Assembly: GCA_963840455.1 (NCBI GenBank)
Contig: CAWIYV010000013.1
Coordinates: forward strand, 1 to 64,000
DNA length: 64,000 bases
Origin: Nitrospirota bacterium
GTDB lineage: Bacteria > Nitrospirota > UBA9217
Direction of reading: 5' to 3'
The notes under the pieces are model-generated. The model did no database searches. It was not told the DNA's origin and worked only from the letters and a program-made list of their open reading frames with translations. The position numbers were made by a program, and so were the translations under genes. Positions 49,006 through 58,721 of this stretch are shown here, one piece after another; position 1 is the first letter of the stretch, and each line of letters starts with the position of its first letter.

Positions 49006-49977
49006 ATGAAAGCGTTGCTACGGGTAATGGTAGTGCTGATGGTCGCAGCGGCTATGGTCTCGATGGCCGGCTGCGCGCCGAAGATCTCGGGTGCAGTGAA
49101 GGACGATACAACGGTCACCGGAACATCGAAGGAACTTGCCAAGACGACGTCAGACGTCGAAGAATACCAGGGGCCGAAGCTCAGGGTCGGCGTCGTGAAC
49201 TTCCAGAACAAGACCCCTTCCAAGGTCCTGGGCATCGGTGAGGCGGCGGCGGACATCCTGGGCACGATCCTGCAGAAGACGGGCCGGTTCATCGTGATCC
49301 CGCAGCAGGACATCGAGTCCATCATGCAACAGCAGCATATGGGCGCCACCGGCGCTGTGAACCCCGATACGGCGGCGAAGATGGGCGAGATCCTCGGCCT
49401 GAACGCCATCGTGACCGGCGCGGTGACGGCTTACTCCGAAGCGGAGGAGGGGTCGGACTACCTGGTCGTGAAGAGCAAGAAGCAGATTGCCAGGGTCACC
49501 GTTGACTACCGCATCGTGGATACGACGACAGGCGTGCAGCTCATGGCCGACTCCGGCGCCGGCATCTACGAGAAGTCGCAGACGAAGGCGCTGGGCATGG
49601 GCGGCAAGGCGGGCTACGATCCGGACCTGCGCGACGGCGCGCTCCGCGATGCGCTCACCAAGGCCATGGTCAACATGCAGAAGCAGCTCGGTAAGCGGAA
49701 GTGGCAGGGCCGGATCGCCCAAGTGGAAGGCCGCGACCTCTACATCAACGCAGGCGAGAAGTCGGGGCTCCAGGTCGGGACCAAGCTCGATGTGTTCCGG
49801 GCGGGCAAGGCCATCATCGACCCGGTGACCAAGGTGAAGAAGGGCACGACGGAGACCAAGATCGGCCAGGCCCTCGTCACCAGGAATGACCTTGGCGATG
49901 ATGCTGACCTGTCCATCGCGACGCCTTCTTCCGGCACCGGATTCTCGGCCGGCGACATCGTGAAGATTGTGAAATAG
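49006..49977 (+). CDS. CsgG/HfaB-family lipoprotein with FlgT-like C-terminal domain
   Basis: Lipobox MAGC; V.V.NF.N, L..TGRF.V and G.ILG..AIVTG.VT; YINAG..SGL..G. Confidence 0.75.
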   Translation: MKALLRVMVVLMVAAAMVSMAGCAPKISGAVKDDTTVTGTSKELAKTTSDVEEYQGPKLRVGVVNFQNKTPSKVLGIGEAAADILGTILQKTGRFIVIPQQDIESIMQQQHMGATGAVNPDTAAKMGEILGLNAIVTGAVTAYSEAEEGSDYLVVKSKKQIARVTVDYRIVDTTTGVQLMADSGAGIYEKSQTKALGMGGKAGYDPDLRDGALRDALTKAMVNMQKQLGKRKWQGRIAQVEGRDLYINAGEKSGLQVGTKLDVFRAGKAIIDPVTKVKKGTTETKIGQALVTRNDLGDDADLSIATPSSGTGFSAGDIVKIVK

Positions 49978-49998
49978 TACAAGCAGCGAGGGTTCTCT

Positions 49999-50033
49999 AA
50001 GCCCCTTTGGGTCTCGCCCAAAGGGGCTTTTTT
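49999..50033 (+). terminator. Intrinsic terminator
   Basis: AAGCCCCTTTGGG-TCTCG-CCCAAAGGGGCTT followed by a T run. Confidence 0.9.
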
Positions 50034-50079
50034 ATCGAGCGGGACGGCAGAGACGATTGGACGATGATCTCCGATTGAA

Positions 50080-50302
50080 TCCAGGAGCGAGCGCATTCCC
50101 CGTAGCTTGCTGCGGGGTTAGCAAGCGATTAGAATAACGTTGTTCCCTGAGGATCGAAGCTCCATGCCTCTCGCAGTAGGGAGCTTCAATCCAGGAGCGA
50201 GCGCATTCCCCGTAGCCTGCTGCGGGGTTAGCAATCGATTAGAATAAATAGTTCTACCTTGAGGATCGAAGATTCCGTGCAGCTTGCTGCAGGGAGCTTA
50301 TT
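50080..50302 (+). mobile_element. Tandem pair of MITE family A
   Basis: TTGAA|50080-50189 (ends TTCAA)|50190-50302. Confidence 0.85.
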
Positions 50303-50402
50303 CGCGGACAAGTTTTCGCGGATGAACGCCCCCGACCGAGACGTTCGGGGACAGGCTGACCTGATAATCAAGGCACAGGAACTGCTCCTGCCACAGAAAC
50401 CA

Positions 50403-51260
50403 ATGATGAAACCCTTCTGTCGCATCATACTCATTCTCTTCCTCTTTGCCCTGACGGGCTGCACCTCGCTCTTCTTCCATCCGTCGAGGGACATGCAGGA
50501 GGGGCCTGCGGTGAAGCTGTTTGCGCACCATGATGTTGTGTTTCCGTCATCCGACGGCGTTCCTATCCACGGATGGTACTTCCCGGCGGAGAACGCACGC
50601 TGCAGCATCCTGGTCCTGCACGGCAACGCACAGAACCTGAGCACCCACGTGAACAGCGTGCTGTGGCTGGTGAAGGAAGGCTTTAACATCTTCATCATCG
50701 ATTACCGCGGGTACGGCTGGTCCGGCGGGGAACCGTCCCTTGAAGGCGTGCACCGCGACGCCGAGGCAGCTCTCGAGAAGCTGTTCAGCATGCCGGAAAC
50801 GGACCCGGACCGCGTCGTGGTCCTGGGCCAGAGCCTCGGCGGCTCAGTAGCCGTTTACACGGTCGCCCGATCGCCGCGCAAGGACCGCATCCGCGCCCTG
50901 GTCATTGACAGCGCATTCTCAAGCTACCGCCGCATCGCCCGGGAAAAGCTCGGCGATTTCTGGCTCACCTGGCCGCTCCAGGTCCCGCTGTCCTGGACCG
51001 TTAACGACTCCTACAGCGCCGAGAAGTGGATCGGGCAGGTCTCACCCGTGCCGGTTCTCGTCCTTCACGGCCTCGACGATCCGGTGGTGCCAACGCACCA
51101 CGGCAGGATGCTTCTCGAGGCCGCCCGGGAGCCGAAAGGGCTTTGGCTCACGGCCCGTCCCGGGCACGTCCAGTCCTTCGGCGACGATGCGGTGCGGCCG
51201 CAGCTGGTCCGATTCCTGGGGGAGGTCCTCGGGCAGGAGGCTGGAACGAAAAAATTGTGA
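50403..51260 (+). CDS. Alpha/beta hydrolase lipoprotein
   Basis: LTGC lipobox; HGNA, DYRGYG, GQSLGG, HG.DD.VVP and catalytic His. Confidence 0.9.
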   Translation: MMKPFCRIILILFLFALTGCTSLFFHPSRDMQEGPAVKLFAHHDVVFPSSDGVPIHGWYFPAENARCSILVLHGNAQNLSTHVNSVLWLVKEGFNIFIIDYRGYGWSGGEPSLEGVHRDAEAALEKLFSMPETDPDRVVVLGQSLGGSVAVYTVARSPRKDRIRALVIDSAFSSYRRIAREKLGDFWLTWPLQVPLSWTVNDSYSAEKWIGQVSPVPVLVLHGLDDPVVPTHHGRMLLEAAREPKGLWLTARPGHVQSFGDDAVRPQLVRFLGEVLGQEAGTKKL

Positions 51261-51261
51261 C

Positions 51262-51290
51262 TTGACAAGACCCGCAAGTATTGGTTTAAT
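51262..51290 (+). promoter_or_regulatory. Sigma70 promoter
   Basis: TTGACA-17 bp-TTTAAT with extended TG. Confidence 0.65.
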
Positions 51291-51327
51291 AGCACTACAG
51301 AACTTCATTTCTTTCAAGGAGGAGCAT

Positions 51328-51804
51328 ATGAAAAGAGTTTTCATGGTAGTGGCAGTTGTGACCGTGTCGCTTGTGTTCGTTGGTGCCGCGTTCGCCGCCG
51401 GACAGGCTAAACAGAATACGGGCTGCGGTCTTGGCAGCATGCTGTTCGAGAATAACGCCGACGACAAGGTGTTGCTCCAGACATTCCAGGCGACTACCAA
51501 TGGCATCTACGGCAACCAGACCTTCGGCATCACGACCGGCACCTCCGGATGCCAGCAGCCGAAGAATTTCGTGAGCAACCAGCAGCTGAACGAGTTCATG
51601 GTCGCCAACATGGACAACCTGGCCCGTGACATCGCCCAGGGCCGGGGCGAGACGCTGGACGCCTTTGCCGAGCTCCTCGGCGTGCCGGCGGAGAAGCGGC
51701 CTGAGTTCTACAGCCAGCTCCAGTCCGGCTTCTCCCGCATCTTCACGTCGCCTGGCGTGCAGATGGCGAGCGTGATGGACAACATCTCGACCGTTTCGAA
51801 ATAG
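51328..51804 (+). CDS. DUF3015 family exported protein
   Basis: GCGLGS, TTNG..GNQTFGITTGTSGC and LARDIAQGRGETL motifs. Confidence 0.85.
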   Translation: MKRVFMVVAVVTVSLVFVGAAFAAGQAKQNTGCGLGSMLFENNADDKVLLQTFQATTNGIYGNQTFGITTGTSGCQQPKNFVSNQQLNEFMVANMDNLARDIAQGRGETLDAFAELLGVPAEKRPEFYSQLQSGFSRIFTSPGVQMASVMDNISTVSK

Positions 51805-53762
51805 TGGCGGTGATTGTGCCTCGTCTTGAAGGGGCATGCAGAACATTCCGTTCTGCATGCCTTTTTCTTTGTCTTGCGGTCTTCTCCATCCTGCTTCCTG
51901 CGGGCGGTGCCGCGTCGGGGACCGCTCCGGACGGGTACCTCGGCGAGCTGCAGCGGCTCGCGCAGGAGAAGGGGCTCGCGCGTGCCCGGACCTGGGAGGT
52001 GCTGCTCCACTACAAGCCCGCGGGCTCCGGCATTAAGAGCCTGGTGGACGACCCCCGATTCTTCAACGCGCCGAACGGCAGCCGGGACCCGGAGGCGGAG
52101 CTGTCCGCCACGCTTGCGTCCTTCTTCCGCACGGACGTAAAGGAAGACGAGGAGCATCCCCAGTGCCGGTTCATCGCGCGGTATACGTGGCTGAACGAGC
52201 AGCTCGGCTTCGACCCGGCGCGCCTGCCGAAGGCCTCGTGCGCCAAGTTCGACAAGGCGCTTGCCGCAGTGAACCCGCGGTCGGTCGTGCTGGTCTTCCC
52301 GAACACCCTCCTGAACCTCCCGTCGTCCATGTTCGGTCACACGCTGCTTCGGATCAATACGGCCTACCAGAGCGATCTCCTGTCCCACGCGGTCAACTAC
52401 GCCGCCATCACGGGCGACAGCCTCGGCCTCTTCTACGTGTTCAAGGGCATCTTCGGCTTCTACCATGGACGGTATTCCAACCTGCCGTACTACGAGAAGG
52501 TCCAGGAGTACAGCGACCTGGAGCATCGCGACATCTGGGAATACCATTTGAACCTGACGCCCGACGAGGCGTACCGCGTGTTCCTGCACATCTGGGAGAT
52601 GAAGGACTTTTACGCGAACTACTACTTCTTCGACCAGAACTGCTCCTTCAACCTCCTGTTCCTGATCGAGGCGGGCAGGCCGTCGCTGCGTCTCACTGAC
52701 GAGTTCTACGGCAAGTCGAGGTTCTGGGTGATACCGGTGGACACGGTACGCGCCGCACAGAAGTTCGGGATCGTCGACCGGGTGACCTACCGTCCGTCGC
52801 GGGCCACGAAGATCCTTCGGATCGCCAAAGAGATGGACGACGGGCTTGTGCGCATGAGCTATGATATCGCCGACGCGAAGCGGCCTCCCGGGGACGCGCT
52901 GTCCTCCGGCCTGGACGCCGAACAGAAGCGGGAGGTGCTGGATCTGTCCACCGAGCTGACGCAGTACCGGTTCTCGAAGCGAAAACTGGACAAGGCACAG
53001 TACGAAAAGCAATTCCTCGACATCCTGGCAGCGCGCAGCACCCTGGGCGTGTTCCCGGCGGACGCCTATCCCGTCGCGATGCCCGTGCAGCCGGACCAGG
53101 GGCACCGGTCGGGCCGCTTCCGCATGGGAGGCGGCTACCGGACCGACACGTGGTTCACCGAGGTCGAGTGGCGTGCTGCCTACCACGAGCTCGCCGACTT
53201 CGACGAGGGCTATGTTCGGGGCGCGCAGATCAATTTCATGGACCTTTCATTTCGGTACTATTATGACGATGAGCGGCTCCGGTTGCACCGCTGGCGCATC
53301 GTGGACATCGTTTCGCTCTTCCCCTGGAACAGTATCTTCAAGCCGATATCCTGGAAGGTGCTCTTCGGCGTCGATGAGATGCTGCTCCGGGACGGCAGGG
53401 AGCACCCGGTGCCGCGCCTGAACGCGGGAGGCGGGTTGACAATCGGCCCGGGAGACAACGTGCGCTTCTACCTCTTCGGTGAAGGGGACATCCAGGCGAG
53501 CACGCGGCTGGAGCAGGATTACGCCGTGGGCTTCGGCGGCACCGCCGGCATGATCGCGAACATCGTGAAGGACTGGAAGGTGAACCTCTGGACGCAGGCG
53601 CTGTTCTACGGAGCAGGGGACGAGCACCGGAGCGCGGTGGCGGGCCTGCAGCAGAATTTCCGCATCACGACCGACACGAGCATTTCGCTCGACGCCCAGC
53701 GCGAGCGTGCCTACAATTTCTACAAGACCGACATCACGGCGCGGGTGAACTGGTACTATTGA
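51804..53762 (+). CDS. DUF4105 (Lnb N-terminal-like) protein with C-terminal beta-barrel-like region
   Basis: SMFGHTLLR, R.IWEY.LNL and YYFFDQNCS (His/Cys) motifs; amphipathic strands ending in aromatic WYY. Confidence 0.8.
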   Translation: MAVIVPRLEGACRTFRSACLFLCLAVFSILLPAGGAASGTAPDGYLGELQRLAQEKGLARARTWEVLLHYKPAGSGIKSLVDDPRFFNAPNGSRDPEAELSATLASFFRTDVKEDEEHPQCRFIARYTWLNEQLGFDPARLPKASCAKFDKALAAVNPRSVVLVFPNTLLNLPSSMFGHTLLRINTAYQSDLLSHAVNYAAITGDSLGLFYVFKGIFGFYHGRYSNLPYYEKVQEYSDLEHRDIWEYHLNLTPDEAYRVFLHIWEMKDFYANYYFFDQNCSFNLLFLIEAGRPSLRLTDEFYGKSRFWVIPVDTVRAAQKFGIVDRVTYRPSRATKILRIAKEMDDGLVRMSYDIADAKRPPGDALSSGLDAEQKREVLDLSTELTQYRFSKRKLDKAQYEKQFLDILAARSTLGVFPADAYPVAMPVQPDQGHRSGRFRMGGGYRTDTWFTEVEWRAAYHELADFDEGYVRGAQINFMDLSFRYYYDDERLRLHRWRIVDIVSLFPWNSIFKPISWKVLFGVDEMLLRDGREHPVPRLNAGGGLTIGPGDNVRFYLFGEGDIQASTRLEQDYAVGFGGTAGMIANIVKDWKVNLWTQALFYGAGDEHRSAVAGLQQNFRITTDTSISLDAQRERAYNFYKTDITARVNWYY

Positions 53763-53856
53763 GACGGATAGGGTATTCGTCTCGCCTGCTAAAACGGGCA
53801 TTCAGAAAGTGCCAATAGCTCTGAATTTCCGCTTGCGCAGGACTGACGGAAGAAAG

Positions 53857-53883
53857 AAAGGCCGCGTCGATGACGCGGCCTTT
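53857..53883. terminator. Bidirectional intrinsic terminator
   Basis: AAAGGCCGCGTC-GAT-GACGCGGCCTTT between convergent genes. Confidence 0.8.
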
Positions 53884-53916
53884 GTGGTTTTCAAGCAAGA
53901 AATATCCTGCGTTTCG

Positions 53917-54786
53917 CTACTCCCGCCGGAAGAAGCGGGGTATGGGAATGAGGCCCCGGCGCTCACCCGAGTCCTGCTGAATGGACTTCTCATCCTTCTC
54001 GGGCAAGTCCAGGCTGTCCTTGGTCGAGCTCCGGACCATGCTCCCGTACGCAACGGCGTTCGGCGTGGTCTCCTGGATGATCACGCCCATCGCGGTCTTC
54101 TCCTTCACGTCCCTGATCTCGATCAGGCCGGTCTCGATCGTTTCCACGTCGAGCACTTCCCCCGTCTTCGGGTGCTTGATGATCTTCCCTTCCTTGAAGA
54201 CGATGAACTTCATGCCGGGCCTGACGCCGATCTGCCTGCCCAGGTCGATCGCCACTTTCTTGTCGGTCCGCTGGACGACGTAGCCCTCCATGGGGAAGGC
54301 GAGGACGATCTTGTCGGTGATCTTTGTGACGAGGTCGCGGAGCTTCTCGGCGCTGCTGGCCCGTACCTTCTCGGCCGCGATGATCGATGCCGTGTCCACG
54401 TTGATCAGGCGGGCATTGATCTCCGTGTATCCCTCGAGGCTCGTTACGGTGCCCGAGACGATGATCTTGACGCCCAGGACCTTGCCGAGCTGGGCCGCGC
54501 TGTTCGGGTCGATGGCGCCGGTGACGCCGAGCTTCTGCTCCTCGAGGAGCTTTTCGAGCAGGCGCCGTTCGATCACATCGAACCTGCCGGTCTCCACCAG
54601 GCCGGTGATGAGCCATTCGGCGACGATCTTGCCCATGTCCTTTGAGTTCGTCTGCTCGCCCTGCATCTGGAAATCGAGCACGGCGATCTTGGTCTTCTTG
54701 AAGTCGGCCCGGGCCGGCGGGGGGTACAGGACGAAGTGGGAGAGCGCGAGAATTGCGGCAGCGAGGATCGTTCGGCGAATGTTCAT
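53917..54786 (-). CDS. CsgG/FlgO-like exported protein with FlgT-like C-terminal domain
   Basis: IAVLDF, GRFDVIERR.L..LL.EQKL and A.LGKVLG; IDLG...G. Confidence 0.75.
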   Translation of the reverse strand: MNIRRTILAAAILALSHFVLYPPPARADFKKTKIAVLDFQMQGEQTNSKDMGKIVAEWLITGLVETGRFDVIERRLLEKLLEEQKLGVTGAIDPNSAAQLGKVLGVKIIVSGTVTSLEGYTEINARLINVDTASIIAAEKVRASSAEKLRDLVTKITDKIVLAFPMEGYVVQRTDKKVAIDLGRQIGVRPGMKFIVFKEGKIIKHPKTGEVLDVETIETGLIEIRDVKEKTAMGVIIQETTPNAVAYGSMVRSSTKDSLDLPEKDEKSIQQDSGERRGLIPIPRFFRRE

Positions 54787-54824
54787 AGGGAGTTCCTTTT
54801 CTTCAGAGAGCTCGATTGACGGAT

Positions 54825-54904
54825 ATTCTATCGGTGCTCCCCAGGTTTGTCAAGGCAAGATGGGCCTGGCCGCGCTTGACAGGGATTCCGCAGGGACCTA
54901 TAAT
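54825..54904. promoter_or_regulatory. Back-to-back sigma70 promoters
   Basis: Plus strand TTGACA (54876)-17-TATAAT (54899); minus strand TTGACA (54848-53)-17-TAGAAT (54825-30). Confidence 0.8.
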
Positions 54905-54927
54905 TGCCGTGCAAAGGGGGGACCTTC

Positions 54928-55299
54928 ATGAAACCATTGGCCGCTTTGTCCCTCCTGCTGCTGCTCGGAGCGCAGGGATGCGGGACACTTGTTCACGGAA
55001 CGTCGCAGGAACTGAAGATCAGTACCACGCCCCCCGGCGCTACGGCAACGATCGGCACCCAGTCGTGCAAAACGCCGTGCACCTTGACGGTGAAACGGGA
55101 CTCGCAGAATCTTCTCGTGCAGAAGGGGGCCTCCAAGCGGATGTATGATATCGAGAAGGACTTCAATTTCGGCGCAACGATCTGCGGGAACATCCTCTGG
55201 ATCGTTCCGGGGGCGGTCATCGATCTCGCTACGGGCGGAGCCTGGGAGATCAGGCCCATCAATCTGCGTTTGGACGCATCCGACGAGAGGGCTCGATAG
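54928..55299 (+). CDS. PEGA-domain lipoprotein
   Basis: AQGC lipobox; I.T.PPGA...I....C.TPC.L; C-terminal ID.ATG. Confidence 0.75.
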   Translation: MKPLAALSLLLLLGAQGCGTLVHGTSQELKISTTPPGATATIGTQSCKTPCTLTVKRDSQNLLVQKGASKRMYDIEKDFNFGATICGNILWIVPGAVIDLATGGAWEIRPINLRLDASDERAR

Positions 55300-55355
55300 G
55301 CGCTGGGCCGCGCAGAGATCGATGGCGCTGGGAGGCACGTCTGGTGATTTATCCA

Positions 55356-55384
55356 TTGACAAAACCGCTGTTTCTCTTTAATAT
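55356..55384 (+). promoter_or_regulatory. tRNA promoter
   Basis: TTGACA-17 bp-TAATAT followed by a GC-rich discriminator. Confidence 0.7.
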
Positions 55385-55393
55385 GAGCCCCGT

Positions 55394-55480
55394 GCCGAAG
55401 TGGTGGAACTGGTAGACGCGCTGCGTTCAGGGCGCAGTGGGAGCAATCCCGTGGGGGTTCGAGTCCCCCCTTCGGCACCA
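55394..55480 (+). tRNA. tRNA-Leu (CAG)
   Basis: Acceptor stem GCCGAAG/CTTCGGC, anticodon arm CTGCG-TTCAGGG-CGCAG, long variable arm, GGTTCGAGTCC, encoded CCA. Confidence 0.98.
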
Positions 55481-55587
55481 TTTCCCAAACCCCAAGCTCC
55501 TTCCACGGATTTCACTGATGACCGCAGATGCAGTCAAAGCCATACGACAATCGGTGAGATCTGTGCAATCTCCATGAGTCATTCCCG

Positions 55588-56313
55588 ATGAAAAAGATCC
55601 TGACCATATTTCTCCTCGTCCTTCTCGCCGCTTGCGCCAAGGAGCCGCCCTTTGACCCGGTGGACAAGTTCAAGGACGCCGAGAAGAAGATGCAGAAGTT
55701 CAAATACGAGGAAGCGCGCAAGGCCTACCAGGAGATCCAGGAGAAGGCCCCGGACCGGAGCTATGACGCGGACATCATGCTCCGGATCGCGGACACCTAC
55801 TACGGCGAGGAAAAGTACGCCGAGGCGCAGGTCGAGTACCAGGCTTTCATCAATTTCCACCCCGTCCACCGCGATGCCTCGTATGCCCAGTACCAGATCG
55901 GCATGTGCAGCTACCAGGAGATCACGACCATCGACCGCGATCCCGCGCTCACCCGCACCGCGCTCAAGGAGTTCCAGGCCCTTCTGACAAAATATCCCGG
56001 GAGCCCCTACGAGGAGGAGGCGAGGAAGTACATCGCCGTCTGCCGGGACAAGCTCGCCGAGTACGAGCTGTACGTCGGCAGGTTCTATCACAAGAAGGGG
56101 TCCTATCTGGCCGCCGTGGGACGGTTCGAGAAGCTTCTGAAGGACTATCCCGGCTCTACCGCAGAGAAGGACGCCCTGTACTATGCAGGGCTCTCCTACC
56201 GGGAACTGGGCGAAAAGGCCAAGGCGATCAGCGATTTCGAGACCCTTGCGGCGAAATATCCCGCCATGGCCAAAGAGGCCCATTCTCTTATCGCGAAGCT
56301 CAAAACGAAATGA
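55588..56313 (+). CDS. bamD: Outer membrane protein assembly factor BamD
   Basis: LAAC lipobox, TPRs, DRD...T..A...F..L...YP.S.Y, LAEYELYVGRFY. Confidence 0.9.
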   Translation: MKKILTIFLLVLLAACAKEPPFDPVDKFKDAEKKMQKFKYEEARKAYQEIQEKAPDRSYDADIMLRIADTYYGEEKYAEAQVEYQAFINFHPVHRDASYAQYQIGMCSYQEITTIDRDPALTRTALKEFQALLTKYPGSPYEEEARKYIAVCRDKLAEYELYVGRFYHKKGSYLAAVGRFEKLLKDYPGSTAEKDALYYAGLSYRELGEKAKAISDFETLAAKYPAMAKEAHSLIAKLKTK

Positions 56314-56969
56314 AGTATTATCCCGTCTTCCTTGACGTGCGCGAACGGCCGTGCGTGGTCATGGGCGGCGGCCAGGTCGCCGAGCGCAAGGCCATCGCCC
56401 TCTTCGACGCCGGCGCGGAACTCACCATCGTAAGCCCCTCGCTCACTCCTGCACTCCGCGAGCTTGCCGGCAAGGGCAAGATCACCCACCATCAGAAGGA
56501 CTTCGAAGAACAGGACATCGCCGGCGCCTACCTGGTGATCGCGGCGACCAATGATGCCGTCGTGAACGCGGCTGTTGCGCGGGCATGCCGGAAGCACGGC
56601 ATCCTGGTCAATGCGGCGACGTCGCCTGACGAGGGCACCTTCGTCGTGCCATCCGTGGTGGAGCGGGGCGACCTCCTGATCGCCATTTCGACCTGCGGGG
56701 ACAGCCCTGCGCTGGCCCGGAAGGTCCGGGAGGAGCTGGAGCGGACCTACGGCCCTGAGTACGGTGTCTTTCTCGAGAAGATGGCGAACCTGCGAAGGCG
56801 GCTCCTCACGGAGGTGGCGGAGGAGGATGTGCGGAGGAAGGTCTATCAGGCCGTGGTGGATTCCGATGTTCTCTATCTGCTGAAGGCAGGGCAGACCCAC
56901 GAGGCGGACATGCGGATCGCGGAGATCGTGAAGGCGGTTGCAGGCGGGACGGCTACTTCTCCTTCTTGA
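56310..56969 (+). CDS. Precorrin-2 dehydrogenase / sirohydrochlorin ferrochelatase (CysG N-terminal, SirC-like)
   Basis: YYPVFL, GGG.VAERK, AATND..VN and AIST.G.SPALAR motifs. Confidence 0.9.
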   Translation: MKYYPVFLDVRERPCVVMGGGQVAERKAIALFDAGAELTIVSPSLTPALRELAGKGKITHHQKDFEEQDIAGAYLVIAATNDAVVNAAVARACRKHGILVNAATSPDEGTFVVPSVVERGDLLIAISTCGDSPALARKVREELERTYGPEYGVFLEKMANLRRRLLTEVAEEDVRRKVYQAVVDSDVLYLLKAGQTHEADMRIAEIVKAVAGGTATSPS

Positions 56970-58608
56970 AGAGCTTGGAGAACATCCCTCCCTTCTTTTC
57001 TTCTGCTGCAGACCCCGTGACGGTCCCGCCGGCTGCCTTGAGGGCGTCCTTGAGCTTCGGCGAATCGGGGTTGCGCATCAGGGCATTGTTCAATACACCG
57101 ACGGCCTTGGTCCTGAGGTTGCTTTTGAGGTAGAGGTTGCTAAGCTCGATATGGTACTCCACCTTGGCAGGATCGAGCTTGATGGCCTTCTGGAGGCTCT
57201 CTTCAGCCTCATGCTTCCGCCGCGGAATGTTGGCCAGGCAGATCCCGTGATAGTAGAAATAGGGCGCCTTGCGGGGGTCCAGCCGCGTCGCCCAGGTAAA
57301 CGCCTCCACCGCGCCCCAGTAGTTCCCGGCCTTGAACTCCCGCATGCCGTTGTTGAACTGGTCGGCTGCGCGCGCCACCTTCTCCTTATCTTCCTCCTGG
57401 TAGCCTGCCGCCTGTTTTTTCACGAACTCGTCAGCTGCCTTCGTCGCGGGCCCGTGCGTCTTTTTCTTCGCGGCCATATCGTACTCGGCACGCTTCATCT
57501 GGTCGCCCAGGATCGTGTAGGCCTTGTGGATCCGGTCGAAGAGGGCCTCGAGCTTGTTCTTGAGGTCTGCCATGGTCGCGTCGAAATGCCGGTCCGGATG
57601 GTAGGACTTGGCCAGGCGGAAATAGGCCTTCCTCAGCTCCGGGGGGGTGACGGCGACCGTGACGCCGAGAACCTGGTAGTGGTCCTGGCCGGGCAGGGCG
57701 TCGAAGGCCTTCTCGATCATCTCGCGCGTTGCGATCACTTCGGGCTCGGCAGGACGCGACGGCGTCTCGGCCTTCCTTTCCTCACGTATTGCCTCCACGC
57801 GCGCGGCCACCCGCACGGCTTCGCGCGCGAACTCCATTTCAGATTCGCTCTTGCTTTCCCCGATCTCAGCCATCCGGAGGGCGAGCAGCAGGTGTATGGT
57901 CTTGAGGGTGTTGAAATCCCCGACGCCGGAAAGGCCGCAGATCTCCTCGATGCTCCGTTTGCCGTCGATGAAGGAGAAGACCGTCTTCTGCTCATCCGTC
58001 AGGCTGGCGTCCTGGAAGAGCGTCGAGGGGTCGGTGGCCGGCCGGACAATGGTCGTGGGTGCGGGGAGGGCCCTTCGGATAGCCTGCCACTCGAGGCTGG
58101 TGATGCCCTCGAGGATCAGGTTGCCCGTGCTCATCTGCAGCGGTATGATGTCCGCCATGGGGAGCGGGGCCTCGTCGAACCGGTAACTCCCCATGCGGAG
58201 CGAAAAGAGCATCAGGATAATGCGCTTCACCTGGTCCTTGACCGCGTTCACGAGATCCTGGGGCTTGATGAATCCCCGTTCCACCAGGATCGCGCCCTGC
58301 TTCTTCCCGGTCTGCTTGATGATCTCCGTGGAGGCATCGAACTGGGCCTGGGTAAGCTTGCCCGCGCGGAGCAGGAAATCCCCGAGCCGGTCCTCCGCCA
58401 GGCTGGACGAGGCGAAGACGATGTCGCCGTTCTTGAAATAGACCTTCTTGACGACCTTTTCTGCGGTCTGGTCCTGGATGTACTCGAAGAACACCGTACC
58501 CGTCTTGGACTGTGTCCGGAGCCCCTGGAACAGCCAGGGGATGGTCATCTGCTTGATTTCGCCGGCCAGGGCAACAGGCACCCGGTCGTTTTGGGAACTC
58601 TCAGACAT
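56953..58608 (-). CDS. DUF4388 + J-domain + TPR protein
   Basis: KVYFKNGDIVFASS (DUF4388/PATAN-like); HYQVLGV...YHPD J domain; C-terminal TPRs. Confidence 0.85.
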   Translation of the reverse strand: MSESSQNDRVPVALAGEIKQMTIPWLFQGLRTQSKTGTVFFEYIQDQTAEKVVKKVYFKNGDIVFASSSLAEDRLGDFLLRAGKLTQAQFDASTEIIKQTGKKQGAILVERGFIKPQDLVNAVKDQVKRIILMLFSLRMGSYRFDEAPLPMADIIPLQMSTGNLILEGITSLEWQAIRRALPAPTTIVRPATDPSTLFQDASLTDEQKTVFSFIDGKRSIEEICGLSGVGDFNTLKTIHLLLALRMAEIGESKSESEMEFAREAVRVAARVEAIREERKAETPSRPAEPEVIATREMIEKAFDALPGQDHYQVLGVTVAVTPPELRKAYFRLAKSYHPDRHFDATMADLKNKLEALFDRIHKAYTILGDQMKRAEYDMAAKKKTHGPATKAADEFVKKQAAGYQEEDKEKVARAADQFNNGMREFKAGNYWGAVEAFTWATRLDPRKAPYFYYHGICLANIPRRKHEAEESLQKAIKLDPAKVEYHIELSNLYLKSNLRTKAVGVLNNALMRNPDSPKLKDALKAAGGTVTGSAAEEKKGGMFSKLFKKEK

Positions 58609-58721
58609 GGCACGGATTATACCAGTTTTATGCAGTTATTTGTAGGGATTATCGTGTTCTTGTGCGGTCACGGGGCGTTTCCCCCTTTACCTTGAGCTCC
58701 GGTCTGTGCTAATATGCGTCC

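Noticed and set aside
55394-55600. Genomic island integrated at tRNA-Leu
   Set aside because: No integrase and no duplicate of the tRNA 3' end in the window; bamD follows directly
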